NCBI GenBank assembly: GCA_040386535.1
Contig: JAZKFH010000074.1
Location: forward strand, 1 to 26,783
Direction: 5' to 3'
From: Myxococcota bacterium
GTDB taxonomy: Bacteria; Myxococcota_A; UBA796; SXON01
Length of the DNA stretch: 26,783 bases
Shown: positions 1 through 9,962 of the stretch, in pieces
How the letters are laid out: every line of letters starts with the position of its first letter
Numbering within the stretch: the first letter of the stretch is position 1
The notes under the pieces: generated by a model
The model's database searches: none
The model's input: only the letters and a program-made list of their open reading frames with translations
Told to the model about the DNA's origin: nothing
Translations under genes and position numbers: made by a program

Positions 1-207
1 GGTCATGCCCCCCTCAACGCCGCTAAATCGGAGTCATGCCACCATGAACGCCGCTGAATCCAGTTCAATCCCGTCGAGTCAGGGCTTGCCACGGCTGCCA
101 CCACGGAACCAAGGGCGTTTTTCGGCAGCCCGCGGGCCGTCGCAGGCTGGATCCGAGCATTCAACCCGGCATGACTCCGTGCCGCGTGCATTCATGGGGA
201 CATGACC
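1..207. repeat. Imperfect long inverted repeat (MITE-like), possibly cut by the window edge
   Basis: 1-63 (ggtcatgccccc...cggagtcatgcc...gaatccag) aligns with the reverse complement of 147-207. Each arm contains two ~30-bp sub-repeats. Confidence 0.65.
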
Positions 208-388
208 CATGATCCTGCGGTCGGGCCCTCACGTTGGCCCGCGATCGGGGCGTCGGCGGTGGGCTCGGGAACCCCCACATCGCCGCGCATCACGCCGACG
301 ACGCCCTCGTCGTCGGCGCCGCCCCCAACGCCCAGCCGCGAACCCGCGCCCCCCACGGCCGCCCCGACCACACGGTTACGCCCCCGCC

Positions 389-715
389 ATGAACCCGTTC
401 CTCGCGCTGCAGGGCTTTCTGGCGCTGCCGTACTTCCTGCTCGGCCTCGCGCTGCCGTTCGTGTGGTTCGACACGGCCGCGCCCGCGCAGGACGTCGAGA
501 CCTTCCGGATGGCGCTCCTCGTGCTCGCCCTCGTGTGGTCGGTGGCGTTCGCGGGCGCGCGGAGGCTGGTGCAGGCGGGTCACGACGAAGTGGTCACGGA
601 CCAATCCAACTGGATCGTGTTCTTCCCGGCGACCGTGCGCCTCTTCGCCATCGCCGCGCCCGTGGCCTCGGTCGTCGGGTTCGCGGCGGGCAGTTGGCTC
701 TACTACGCAGGGTAG
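389..715 (+). CDS. Small membrane protein (108 aa, about 3 TM helices), unknown function
   Basis: ATG at 389 in the 209..715 frame. Three hydrophobic segments and typical GC3-rich codons; the upstream part of the ORF is Arg/Pro-rich shadow sequence. Confidence 0.75.
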   Translation: MNPFLALQGFLALPYFLLGLALPFVWFDTAAPAQDVETFRMALLVLALVWSVAFAGARRLVQAGHDEVVTDQSNWIVFFPATVRLFAIAAPVASVVGFAAGSWLYYAG

Positions 716-737
716 GCGCGCCTCCCAGCACCGGTCG

Positions 738-1313
738 TCACGCGCGCACGAGGCCGAGCCCGCGCCGCATCCCGGCCGCCACCAGGGCGTCCATGCCGTC
801 GCGCACGCGCGCCAGGGGCGTCGGGACTGGTGGCCGCGCGGCCGCCTCGGGGAAGGCCGCGAACCAGTCGAGCGCGTCGACACACGCCTCGGCAAGGCGG
901 ATGCGCGTCGCGAGCCAGTCCGCGCTCCAGGCTTCGAGCGGCTGCAGATCGGGCGCACGGCGGGCCGTCGCGTGCAGCAGCCACACCGCCTCGATGCCGT
1001 GGTGCACGCCGAGCAGGGTGCCGCGGTAGCTGCGCGAGGGGTCGAGCAGGTGGTCGCCGATGCCGTCGCGGAGCACGGAGAAGGCGGCGCCGACGGTCTG
1101 TCCGGCGAGCCTGCCCGGCAGCTGGAGGGTCTCGCTCAAGTTGCCGAGCTCGGTGAGCGCGCGGTCGGCGTGTTCGGCGACCGCGAGGAGCGTGTTGCCC
1201 GGCGGGACCGGTCCGAGCCGGTGCGCCTCGATGCGCGCGTGGCGGCTGGCCGAGCGCTCGGCCTGGAACACTTCGGGCATGAGCGAACGGACGAGGGCGT
1301 GGTGGGCGTTCAT
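738..1313 (-). CDS. Hypothetical helical protein (191 aa), possibly ferritin-like fold
   Basis: ATG at 1313 with GGAGG just upstream. All-helical pattern with Glu/His residues (EVFQAERSASRH, AEHADRAL, HHGIE). The fold call is inference. Confidence 0.7.
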   Translation of the reverse strand: MNAHHALVRSLMPEVFQAERSASRHARIEAHRLGPVPPGNTLLAVAEHADRALTELGNLSETLQLPGRLAGQTVGAAFSVLRDGIGDHLLDPSRSYRGTLLGVHHGIEAVWLLHATARRAPDLQPLEAWSADWLATRIRLAEACVDALDWFAAFPEAAARPPVPTPLARVRDGMDALVAAGMRRGLGLVRA

Positions 1314-1387
1314 GGAACCTCCGTCCGAGGTTAGGTCCCGGCCGGCCGGGCGGGGAGGCGCCGAGACGGGAGATGACGCCGGCAGAG

Positions 1388-2749
1388 TCACCCTCCCGGG
1401 TCCGCGCCGTGCAGCCACGCGAGCCGACTGTACTCCTCCCACGCCGGCCACCCCGAACCGGTCAGGCGCCCGTCCTCCCCGGCCGCGGCGGGCCCACCCG
1501 GGCACGTGCGGCGGGCCTCGATCCGGGCGGCGGGCCAGCGCCGTGGCGCCCCCTCGAGCCAGGCGAGCAGGGTGCGGCGCGCCGAGCCCGCCACGAAGGC
1601 GGGGTCGCCTCGCAGGTCGACCAGGCCCTCGGCCACGCGCACGATCCGGCCCGGCAGGTGCAGGTCGACCACGACCACGCGGCGCTCGGCGACGGTCGCC
1701 GCGGTCGCGTACCGGTCGCGCGCCCACTTGTCCGGGGCGCGGGGCGCGCGCTGGTCGCGTACCTCGACCTCGCCGGGGACGATCAGGCGCACGTCCTCCA
1801 GGTGGCCGACCGTCCCGATCGGGGTGTTGCCCGGGTCGGGCGGCGCGAGCCACAGCGGCGCCGGGTCGAGGCGGCACGCGCCCCCTGGGTCGAGTGAGAG
1901 CAGCGCCTCCGCCGGCGGCAGCGCCGACAAGGCCGACCGCGCCTGCACCGTGGCGTGGAGCCCCTCCGCGCGGGCCCGCTCCGCGCGAAGCTCGAGCGCC
2001 GCCCGGTCCTCACCCCGCCCGACCACCCGCGGGCCGGCCACGTGGGCGATCTGGCGCGCGGTGGCGCGGTCTACGTCGAGGGCGCGGGCGATCCGGGCCT
2101 CGTCGCCGCCAGCGGTCACGACGAGCAGCCACGGGAACCGCACGGGCGGCAGCGGGATGGAGTGCGGCGCGGGGGCAGTGGGCGCAGGGGCGGTGGGCGC
2201 CGGCGTTTCCCACGCGCCGGGCGCAGGGGCGGTGGGCGCCGAAGCGCCCGAGGTAGCGGTCGGAATCAACGCGCGCGCTTCGGCCACCGCGGCGGTGACG
2301 GCGTCGAGCGCCGCCCCGAGGTCGATCGCGACGCGGGCGCGCTCGGCCGCCAGCACGACGGCGTCGAGGAGCGCGGAGCGCGAAAGGGGTGGGCTGGGGG
2401 GCGTGTCGACGGTGGGGGCGCGCCCGGGGTGGGGCGCGGTTGCTGTGGGCGCGGCGGGAACGTCGACCTTCGGCGACGGCCGCCTGACCTCCGCGCCGCG
2501 CGGCAACGTCGGCACCGTCGGCACGCCGGAGAACGTGGGCGCCTGCGCCTCCAGGGCCGCGCGCAACGGCCCGACTCCGCCGCCGCGCATCGCGTCGCGC
2601 ACCAGGGCGTCGAGGTTGGCGGGGAGGGCCTTGCGGAGCGGAACCTCCGCGGCCGCGGCGCGTTCGGGCATCGCGGCGCCGCAGTAGAGGCAGCTCGCGC
2701 GGTGGCCACCGTTGGCGCGCGCGCAGCGGGGGCAGGGGGTCGTGGACAC
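1388..2749 (-). CDS. Hypothetical protein with N-terminal zinc ribbon and Pro/Ala-rich linkers (453 aa)
   Basis: GTG start preceded by GGGGGAG; CPRC...CLYC motif; PTAPAP repeats; globular C-terminal half. Confidence 0.7.
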   Translation of the reverse strand: MSTTPCPRCARANGGHRASCLYCGAAMPERAAAAEVPLRKALPANLDALVRDAMRGGGVGPLRAALEAQAPTFSGVPTVPTLPRGAEVRRPSPKVDVPAAPTATAPHPGRAPTVDTPPSPPLSRSALLDAVVLAAERARVAIDLGAALDAVTAAVAEARALIPTATSGASAPTAPAPGAWETPAPTAPAPTAPAPHSIPLPPVRFPWLLVVTAGGDEARIARALDVDRATARQIAHVAGPRVVGRGEDRAALELRAERARAEGLHATVQARSALSALPPAEALLSLDPGGACRLDPAPLWLAPPDPGNTPIGTVGHLEDVRLIVPGEVEVRDQRAPRAPDKWARDRYATAATVAERRVVVVDLHLPGRIVRVAEGLVDLRGDPAFVAGSARRTLLAWLEGAPRRWPAARIEARRTCPGGPAAAGEDGRLTGSGWPAWEEYSRLAWLHGADPGG

Positions 2750-2818
2750 GCTCCCCCGTTATCGCCCGGCAGGGGAGGAGCGCGGAAGGCGGTTGACGGG
2801 AGCGCGGCGGCGGCCACG

Positions 2819-2975
2819 ACCCATGCACCCCGATTCTCACCCTCGGTGGGACGCATGCCAGTTCAAAGGTTCCCCCAACGCGCCCAGGCCCCTTGGCGCC
2901 ACGGACCAAGCGTCACTTTTCTGGCACCCCCGGCCTGCGAACCCCAGCGGATGGAACCATCGAGGTGGCATGGGT
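2819..2975. repeat. Imperfect inverted repeat related to the element at 1-207
   Basis: Arms acccatgc-acc-cgat / atcg-aggtggcatgggt. Shares ccagttcaa and ccacgga-ccaag...tttt-ggca with 1-207, with the same 41-bp offset between the two motifs. Confidence 0.5.
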
Positions 2976-3105
2976 ACGGCCCCGGGAACCTCAGGGGGGG
3001 CTTGGGTGCGGCCCAAGCGGGCACGGGCTGCCGAGGCGGGCCGCCGGGCGGCCGAGGCGGGGCAGGGGCCGAGGCGCGCCATCGAGGCGGCCGAGCGCAG
3101 GTCCT

Positions 3106-3640
3106 CGGGCGCCCCGGGCCCGCGCGGACGCGGCCCCGTCGGCCCCCTCCAGTCGCGCGGCGAAGCCGCTTGGTCCCGCCGCGGACGGCGGGGACCGGCC
3201 GCCCGCGGCGGGCGGCCGACTTCCGGGCGCCTGGCGCGGCCACCCGAGGACGGGCGCCCCGGGCGCGCGAGCCCACGGGGCCCGCGAGGACGCGGCCCAC
3301 TGGGCCCGCGCCGACGCAGTCCACAGCCCCGCCCGGACGCGGCCCCGTCGGCCCCCTCCAGTCGCGCGGCGAAGCCGCTCGGTCCCGCCGCGGACGGCGG
3401 AAGTCGGCCGCCCGAGGACAGGCGCCCCGGGCCCGCGCGGACGCGGCCCGTCGGCCCCCTCCAGTCGCGCGGCGAAGCCGCTCGGTCCCGCCGCGGACGG
3501 CGGAAGTCGGCCGCCCGAGGACAGGCGCCCCGGGCCCGCGAGGACGCGGCCCATCGGGCCCGCGAAGACGCGGCCCCGTCGGCCCCGCGAGGACGCGGCC
3601 CACCGGGCCCGCGAAGACGCGGCCCCGTCGGCCCCCTCCG
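3106..3640. repeat. Mosaic REP/BIME-like tandem repeat region
   Basis: Three copies of ccccctccagtcgcgcggcgaagccgct-ggtcccgccgcggacggcgg (~3143, ~3352, ~3455; last two 103 bp apart) plus several ~23-bp gggcccgcga(g/a)gacgcggccc units. Confidence 0.85.
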
Positions 3641-3721
3641 CCCCCCGAAACGTGCCGGACAGCGCCCCAGCCCGCCCGCCCCGCATTTGCGAGCACCGCC
3701 CCCCGCGCGCACACTGATTCG

Positions 3722-3997
3722 ATGCTCACGTTGACCCTCTTGTTGCTCCTCGCGGCCCCCGCCGAGGCGCACGAGGTGGGCCCCGCCGGCTGGGGTGACT
3801 TCCCCACGCGCTCGCTCACGCGCCCGGTTGGAGGCGCCGTCCTGGTGCGTGCACCCCGGATGGATCGCCGCCGGTTCGGAAACCTCCCGGTGAGGTTCGA
3901 CTTCAGCGCCGAGGTGCTGGCCAGCCTGAAGGACGTAGCCGTGCTCGACCGCGCCTGCGAACGCGAGCCCACCACCATGTGCGGGCAGCTCCCTTAG
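3722..3997 (+). CDS. Small secreted protein (91 aa)
   Basis: ATG at 3722; signal peptide MLTLTLLLLLAAPAEA; two Cys near the C-terminus; CACACT hexamer ends 6 nt before the ATG. Confidence 0.65.
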   Translation: MLTLTLLLLLAAPAEAHEVGPAGWGDFPTRSLTRPVGGAVLVRAPRMDRRRFGNLPVRFDFSAEVLASLKDVAVLDRACEREPTTMCGQLP

Positions 3998-4023
3998 GGC
4001 CGTCCCCCGCCGCAACCCCGCCC

Positions 4024-5898
4024 CTACTCCCCCCCCTCATCCACCAGCGACCCCGCCTCCAACCGCGCCTCCGCCAGCTCCGCGCGGACCTCCGCCACGC
4101 GCATCCGCACCGTCGCGGCCCGCGCCACCTCGCTCGCCGAGAGCGCGCGCTCCTCCGCGCTCGCCGCGCGCGCCTCCGCCTCCTCCGCGCGCGCCAGGGC
4201 CGTGTCGGCCTTCGCGAGCGCGTCGCCCGCGGTCCGGCCGGCGGCCTCCGCCTTCGCCAGCGCGGCCGCCTCGGCCTCCGCGTGGCGCCGGGCGCGCAGG
4301 TCCGCCTCCACCGCGCGCCGGGCCGCCGCCTCCGCCGAGTCGTCCGCGCGCGCCGCCGCCGCCGCTTCCGCCGCCGCGACCGCCCGCGCCTCCGCCGCGA
4401 TCTGCCCCTGGATCGCCGCCTCGGCCTCCGCGCCCGCCCGCGCCAGGTCGGCGTCCTGGGCGTTCAGCGCCTGCCGGGTCGCGTAGGCACGCAGGTGCGC
4501 CGCGCGCTCCTCGGCGGTCTCCGCGCGGGCCTCCGAGCTGTCGGCGGCGTCCGTGGCGGCGTCGGCGCGGCGGCCCTCCGCCTTCGCGAGCGCGGTCCCG
4601 ACGAGCGCGTCCCACTCGGCCTGCTCCCGTTGCGCCTCGACCGCCGCGAGCGCCTCGGTCGCGACGTTCCAGCGGGCGTACACCACGCCGATGGCGCCGA
4701 GCCCCAGCGCCACCACGAGCACCCAGGCCGCGGCGGCAACGAGCGCGGGGTGGCGGCGCAGGTACAGGCCCGCGCGCACCGGCGCCCACGGCGTGTCGAG
4801 CGAGGTGGGGAGGGTGGCGCGGAACCGCGCGAGGTCGACCGCCAGGGCCGCGGCCGTGGGGTAGCGCTCGTCCGGATCGTCCGCCATCGCCTTGTCCACG
4901 ATGGCGGCGAGGCGCCGGGGCACCTTCGGCGCCAGGCTGCGCAGGTCGGGCGGCGCGTCCGTCGCGGCGCGCACGCGCACCGTCTCGGGGGAGTCGTCCA
5001 CGGCGGGGTCGACATGGGGCGGGCGCCCCGCGAGCAGTGCCCACAACGTCGCGCCGATGCCGTACACGTCGAGCGCCGCGAGCGCCTTGTCGTCGCGGCC
5101 GGCCTGCGGCGCGCGTCGGAACCCGCGGGCCTGCTCGGGGGCCATGTAGGCGGGCGAGCCGGCGATGTAACGGGCCACCTCGCCGGGGCCGACCATCAAC
5201 GGCCCGCTGTCGGGCGACGGCGCCTCGTCGGCGCCCGACAGCCCGCGCGGCGCCACGGTGAGCGGCGCCAGCCCGAAGTCCACGATCCGCACCGCGCGGC
5301 TGCGCGGCAGGCACAACACGTTGTCGGGCTTCAGATCGCGGTGGTACACGCCGACCGCGTGGGCCGCCGCGACCCCGCGCGCGATCTGTTCGCCCCAGCG
5401 CACCGCCTCGGTGAGCGAGCGCGGCGTGTCCTCGTTCAGGTTGCGCGCCACCTTCGGCGCCGCGTCCGACGCGGTCTCTTCGCGGCACAACGCCATCGCG
5501 ATGTACGCCTCGCCGTCCACCCGCCCGGCTTCGCGCACGTACACCACGTGGTCGCTCACGACGCGCGACGCCGCCCGCGCCTCCGCCATCACGCGCCCCA
5601 TCGGGTCCATCCCGTGCGCGTTGAAGAGCTTGAGCGCCACCGGCGCGTCGATGCGCCGGTCCACCGCCTCCCACACCTCGCCGCTCGCGCCCTCGCCGAG
5701 CCGCCGCAACAGCTCGAACGGCCCGATGCGCACCCCCGGCGCCCGTCCCCGCCGCCCGTCGCTCGGGGGCACCGGAGGCATCGGGGGCAACGCCGTCAGG
5801 ACGGCGGGCGGCAGCTCCGAGGTCGCCTCGTCGCCCTCCGGCACGATCGTCCCTGGTGCCGGCTGTCCCTCGCGATTCCAGGTGTGTTGAGCGGGCAT
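4024..5898 (-). CDS. Hanks-type Ser/Thr protein kinase with TM helix and Ala/Glu-rich coiled-coil C-terminus
   Basis: LGEGASGEVW, VALK, HRDLKPDN, DFG, GSPAYMAPE and DVYGIG motifs; TM segment LVAAAAWVLVVALGLGAIGVVY; ATG at 5898 with GGAG (alternative start 5922). Confidence 0.93.
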   Translation of the reverse strand: MPAQHTWNREGQPAPGTIVPEGDEATSELPPAVLTALPPMPPVPPSDGRRGRAPGVRIGPFELLRRLGEGASGEVWEAVDRRIDAPVALKLFNAHGMDPMGRVMAEARAASRVVSDHVVYVREAGRVDGEAYIAMALCREETASDAAPKVARNLNEDTPRSLTEAVRWGEQIARGVAAAHAVGVYHRDLKPDNVLCLPRSRAVRIVDFGLAPLTVAPRGLSGADEAPSPDSGPLMVGPGEVARYIAGSPAYMAPEQARGFRRAPQAGRDDKALAALDVYGIGATLWALLAGRPPHVDPAVDDSPETVRVRAATDAPPDLRSLAPKVPRRLAAIVDKAMADDPDERYPTAAALAVDLARFRATLPTSLDTPWAPVRAGLYLRRHPALVAAAAWVLVVALGLGAIGVVYARWNVATEALAAVEAQREQAEWDALVGTALAKAEGRRADAATDAADSSEARAETAEERAAHLRAYATRQALNAQDADLARAGAEAEAAIQGQIAAEARAVAAAEAAAAARADDSAEAAARRAVEADLRARRHAEAEAAALAKAEAAGRTAGDALAKADTALARAEEAEARAASAEERALSASEVARAATVRMRVAEVRAELAEARLEAGSLVDEGGE

Positions 5899-6087
5899 GG
5901 TGGGCTCCGGAGCTCCAGACACCGGAGACGACCCCCAGCGCTACCTGGACTCTACGCCGCCACGCTGCGCCGATTCAGTCTCGTTCCGTCTCACCTTCTG
6001 CGAGGGCGCGCGGGGCGGCATCACGATCTGCGCCGCCTTGAAAAAAGAATCGACGGCCCGTTGACGCCGACCCCCGCGCCCCCATGA

Positions 6088-6116
6088 CGACATTTCGCTC
6101 CTCCAACGAAATGTCG
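6088..6116. promoter_or_regulatory. Perfect 10-bp inverted repeat in the divergent kinase/catalase intergenic region; candidate operator
   Basis: CGACATTTCG-N9-CGAAATGTCG, about 20 bp downstream of TTGACG (6061-6066). Confidence 0.45.
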
Positions 6117-6243
6117 CTGCCCAGCCGAACGACATCCCGTCCCCCGTGCCCCCGATTCCATGAAAATGGCGCTTTATCCATCGTCCCGCCCTGGCACGCC
6201 GCGTGCAGCATCCCGATTGCACCCCTCCCCCAGGACCACGACC

Positions 6244-7791
6244 ATGAAGCTCCGCTCCTCCCTCCTCGCGCTCCTCCTGCTCGGTGTCACCACCGTGCCC
6301 GCCCTGGCCGCGCCCCTCACGACGGACGGCGGCGCCCCGGTCGGCGACAACCAGAATTCCCAGACCGCGGGCCCCAACGGCGGCGTCCTGCTCCAGGACT
6401 TCGATCTCATCCAGAAGCTCGCGCGCTTCGACCGCGAGCGCATCCCCGAGCGGGTCGTGCACGCCCGCGGCGCCGGCGCCTACGGCTCCTTCGTGAGCGC
6501 GGGCGACTTCTCCGAGCTCACCAAGGCCTCGGTCTTCAGCGCCAAGGGCAAGACCACGCCCATGTTCGTGCGCTTCTCGACCGTCATCCACAGCAAGGAC
6601 TCCCCCGAGACCCTGCGCGACCCGCGCGGCTTCGCGATGAAGTTCTACACCGACGAGGGCAACTGGGATCTCGTCGGCAACAACCTGCCGATCTTCTTCA
6701 TCCGCGACGCGATGAAGTTCCCCGACATGGTGCACTCGCTCAAGCCCGACCCGGTCACCAACCAGCAGGATCCAGGCCGCTTCTTCGACTTCTTCAGCCA
6801 CGTGCCCGAGTCCACGCACATGCTGACGCAGCTGTACTCGGATCTCGGCATCCCCGCCGACTACCGCCACATGGACGGCTCCTCCGTCCACGCCTTCAAG
6901 TTCGTGAACCAGAAGGGCGAGGTGCGCTACGTCAAGTTCACGTGGCGGACCAAGCAGGGCGTCAAGACGATGACCCCCGCCGAGGCCAGCGCGCTCCAGG
7001 GCAAGGCGTTCAGCCACGCCACCAAGGATCTGTACGACGCGATCGGCCGCAAGGACAACCCCTCCTGGGACCTGTTCGCCCAGGTCATCACCGCCGACAA
7101 ACTCGACAGCTTCGACTTCTACCCGCTCGATCCCACCAAGATCTGGCCCGAAGCCGCCGTGCCCTCCACGCTCCTCGGCACCTTCACGCTCGACAAGCTC
7201 CCGACCAACTTCTTCAACGAGACCGAGCAGAGCGCCTTCTCGCCCGCCATCGTGCCCCCCGGCATCGAGGCCTCCGAGGACCGCCTCCTCCAGGGCCGCC
7301 TGTTCTCCTACGCGGACACCCAGCGCTACCGCCTCGGCGTCAACTACCTGGATCTGCAGGTCAACCGCCCCAAGGTGCCGGTCAACACCAACAGCCAGGA
7401 CGGCGCGCTCAACTTCGCCATCCAGCCCGACGCCTCGCCCAACACCAACTACGAGCCGAGCATCGGCAAGCCGCTCGAGCAGGTCCCGTCGCAACGCTAC
7501 AGCGTTTCGCCGCTCTCGGGCAGCACCCAGCAGGCCGCCATCGCCAAGAAGAACGACTTCGCCCAGGCCGGCGCGTTCTACCGCGGCCTGAACAAGACCG
7601 ACCAGGAGCACCTCGTCTCCAACTTCGCGGGCGACCTCGGCCAGGTCAAGGACGCCACCGTGAAGGCCCGCATCGTCGGCTACCTGATCCAGGCCGACGC
7701 GACCTACGGCGAGCGCGTCGCCAAGGCCGTGGGCGTGAAGGTCGAGGACGCGAAGAAGGCCGCCGCGGACTTCCTCGGCGCCACGAAGTAG
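6244..7791 (+). CDS. katB: Monofunctional heme catalase with signal peptide (KatB-like, exported)
   Basis: FDRERIPERVVHARG active-site motif, RGFAMKFYT, DLVGNN and RLFSYADTQRYRLG heme-ligand motif; signal peptide MKLRSSLLALLLLGVTTVPALA; followed by an ankyrin gene. Confidence 0.95.
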   Translation: MKLRSSLLALLLLGVTTVPALAAPLTTDGGAPVGDNQNSQTAGPNGGVLLQDFDLIQKLARFDRERIPERVVHARGAGAYGSFVSAGDFSELTKASVFSAKGKTTPMFVRFSTVIHSKDSPETLRDPRGFAMKFYTDEGNWDLVGNNLPIFFIRDAMKFPDMVHSLKPDPVTNQQDPGRFFDFFSHVPESTHMLTQLYSDLGIPADYRHMDGSSVHAFKFVNQKGEVRYVKFTWRTKQGVKTMTPAEASALQGKAFSHATKDLYDAIGRKDNPSWDLFAQVITADKLDSFDFYPLDPTKIWPEAAVPSTLLGTFTLDKLPTNFFNETEQSAFSPAIVPPGIEASEDRLLQGRLFSYADTQRYRLGVNYLDLQVNRPKVPVNTNSQDGALNFAIQPDASPNTNYEPSIGKPLEQVPSQRYSVSPLSGSTQQAAIAKKNDFAQAGAFYRGLNKTDQEHLVSNFAGDLGQVKDATVKARIVGYLIQADATYGERVAKAVGVKVEDAKKAAADFLGATK

Positions 7792-7938
7792 CTCTCCCGC
7801 ATCGTCCCCATCCGGCTCTTGGGGCAGGGGGCCCAGCCCCCCGCAACGCCCCCCTCCGGAGCGAGCGCCGGCCGCCTCACGGCGGCCGGCTCCCCCCACG
7901 CCTGCTCCTCCCGACCGTCCATCCCCCCGGAGGCCCCC

Positions 7939-8541
7939 ATGGTCCGCGCCGCGCTCGTCACCCTCCTCGCCCTCGCGTCCCTCGCGGCGGCGCCCGCGCG
8001 CACCGTCCCCCCCGGCCCCGTTCCGAGCGTGTCGGCCCCGGCGCCCGCCCCCTCCCGCTACCTCGCCCCCGAGGAAGCCCGCGATCTGCTCCTCGACGCC
8101 GCCCGCGCCGGCGACCTCGACGTCGTCTCCGGCCTCGTGCGCGCCGGCGTCTCCATGGAGCTCGCCGACGCCAAGGGCTACACCGCGCTGATCCTCGCGG
8201 CCTACCACGGCCACGACCCCGTCGTCGCCTGGCTGATCACGCACGGCGCCGACGCCTGCCACGGCGACAAGCGCGGCAACACCGCGCTCATGGGCGCCGC
8301 GTTCAAGGGGCACTCCGAGAGCGTGGACTTGCTCCTCGCGCAGGACTGCCCGGTCGACCAGGTCAACGGCGTCGGCCAGACCGCGCTCATGTTCGCCGCC
8401 CTCGTCGGCAACGACGCCGCCGCGCGCATCCTCGCCCACGGCGCCGACAAGGCTCGTCGCGACAGCTTCGGCCGCACGGCCGACGATTGGGCCGAGACCC
8501 AGGGCGCCCCTGGCGTGAGCGAGCTGCGGCCGGCGGAGTAG
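7939..8541 (+). CDS. ankB: Ankyrin-repeat protein, AnkB-like catalase partner
   Basis: GGAGG then ATG at 7939; N-terminal hydrophobic signal; repeats GYTALILAAYHG, GNTALMGAAFKG, GQTALMFAALVG; directly downstream of the catalase. Confidence 0.85.
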   Translation: MVRAALVTLLALASLAAAPARTVPPGPVPSVSAPAPAPSRYLAPEEARDLLLDAARAGDLDVVSGLVRAGVSMELADAKGYTALILAAYHGHDPVVAWLITHGADACHGDKRGNTALMGAAFKGHSESVDLLLAQDCPVDQVNGVGQTALMFAALVGNDAAARILAHGADKARRDSFGRTADDWAETQGAPGVSELRPAE

Positions 8542-8577
8542 CGGAGCGCCGCGGCGGGTCGGTGCTATCCTGGCGAA

Positions 8578-9930
<1,353 letters not shown>

Positions 9931-9962
9931 GCGGGCGGTCCCGCCCAGGTTCGGACCCTCCG

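Noticed and set aside
2712..3720. Several 230-390-aa ORFs across the repeat region
   Set aside because: Translations of GC-rich tandem repeats that are open in most frames. Only the signal-peptide ORF from 3722 looks real.
6150..6185. OxyR box upstream of katB
   Set aside because: AT-rich, but it does not show the ATAG-N7-CTAT repeat pattern convincingly.
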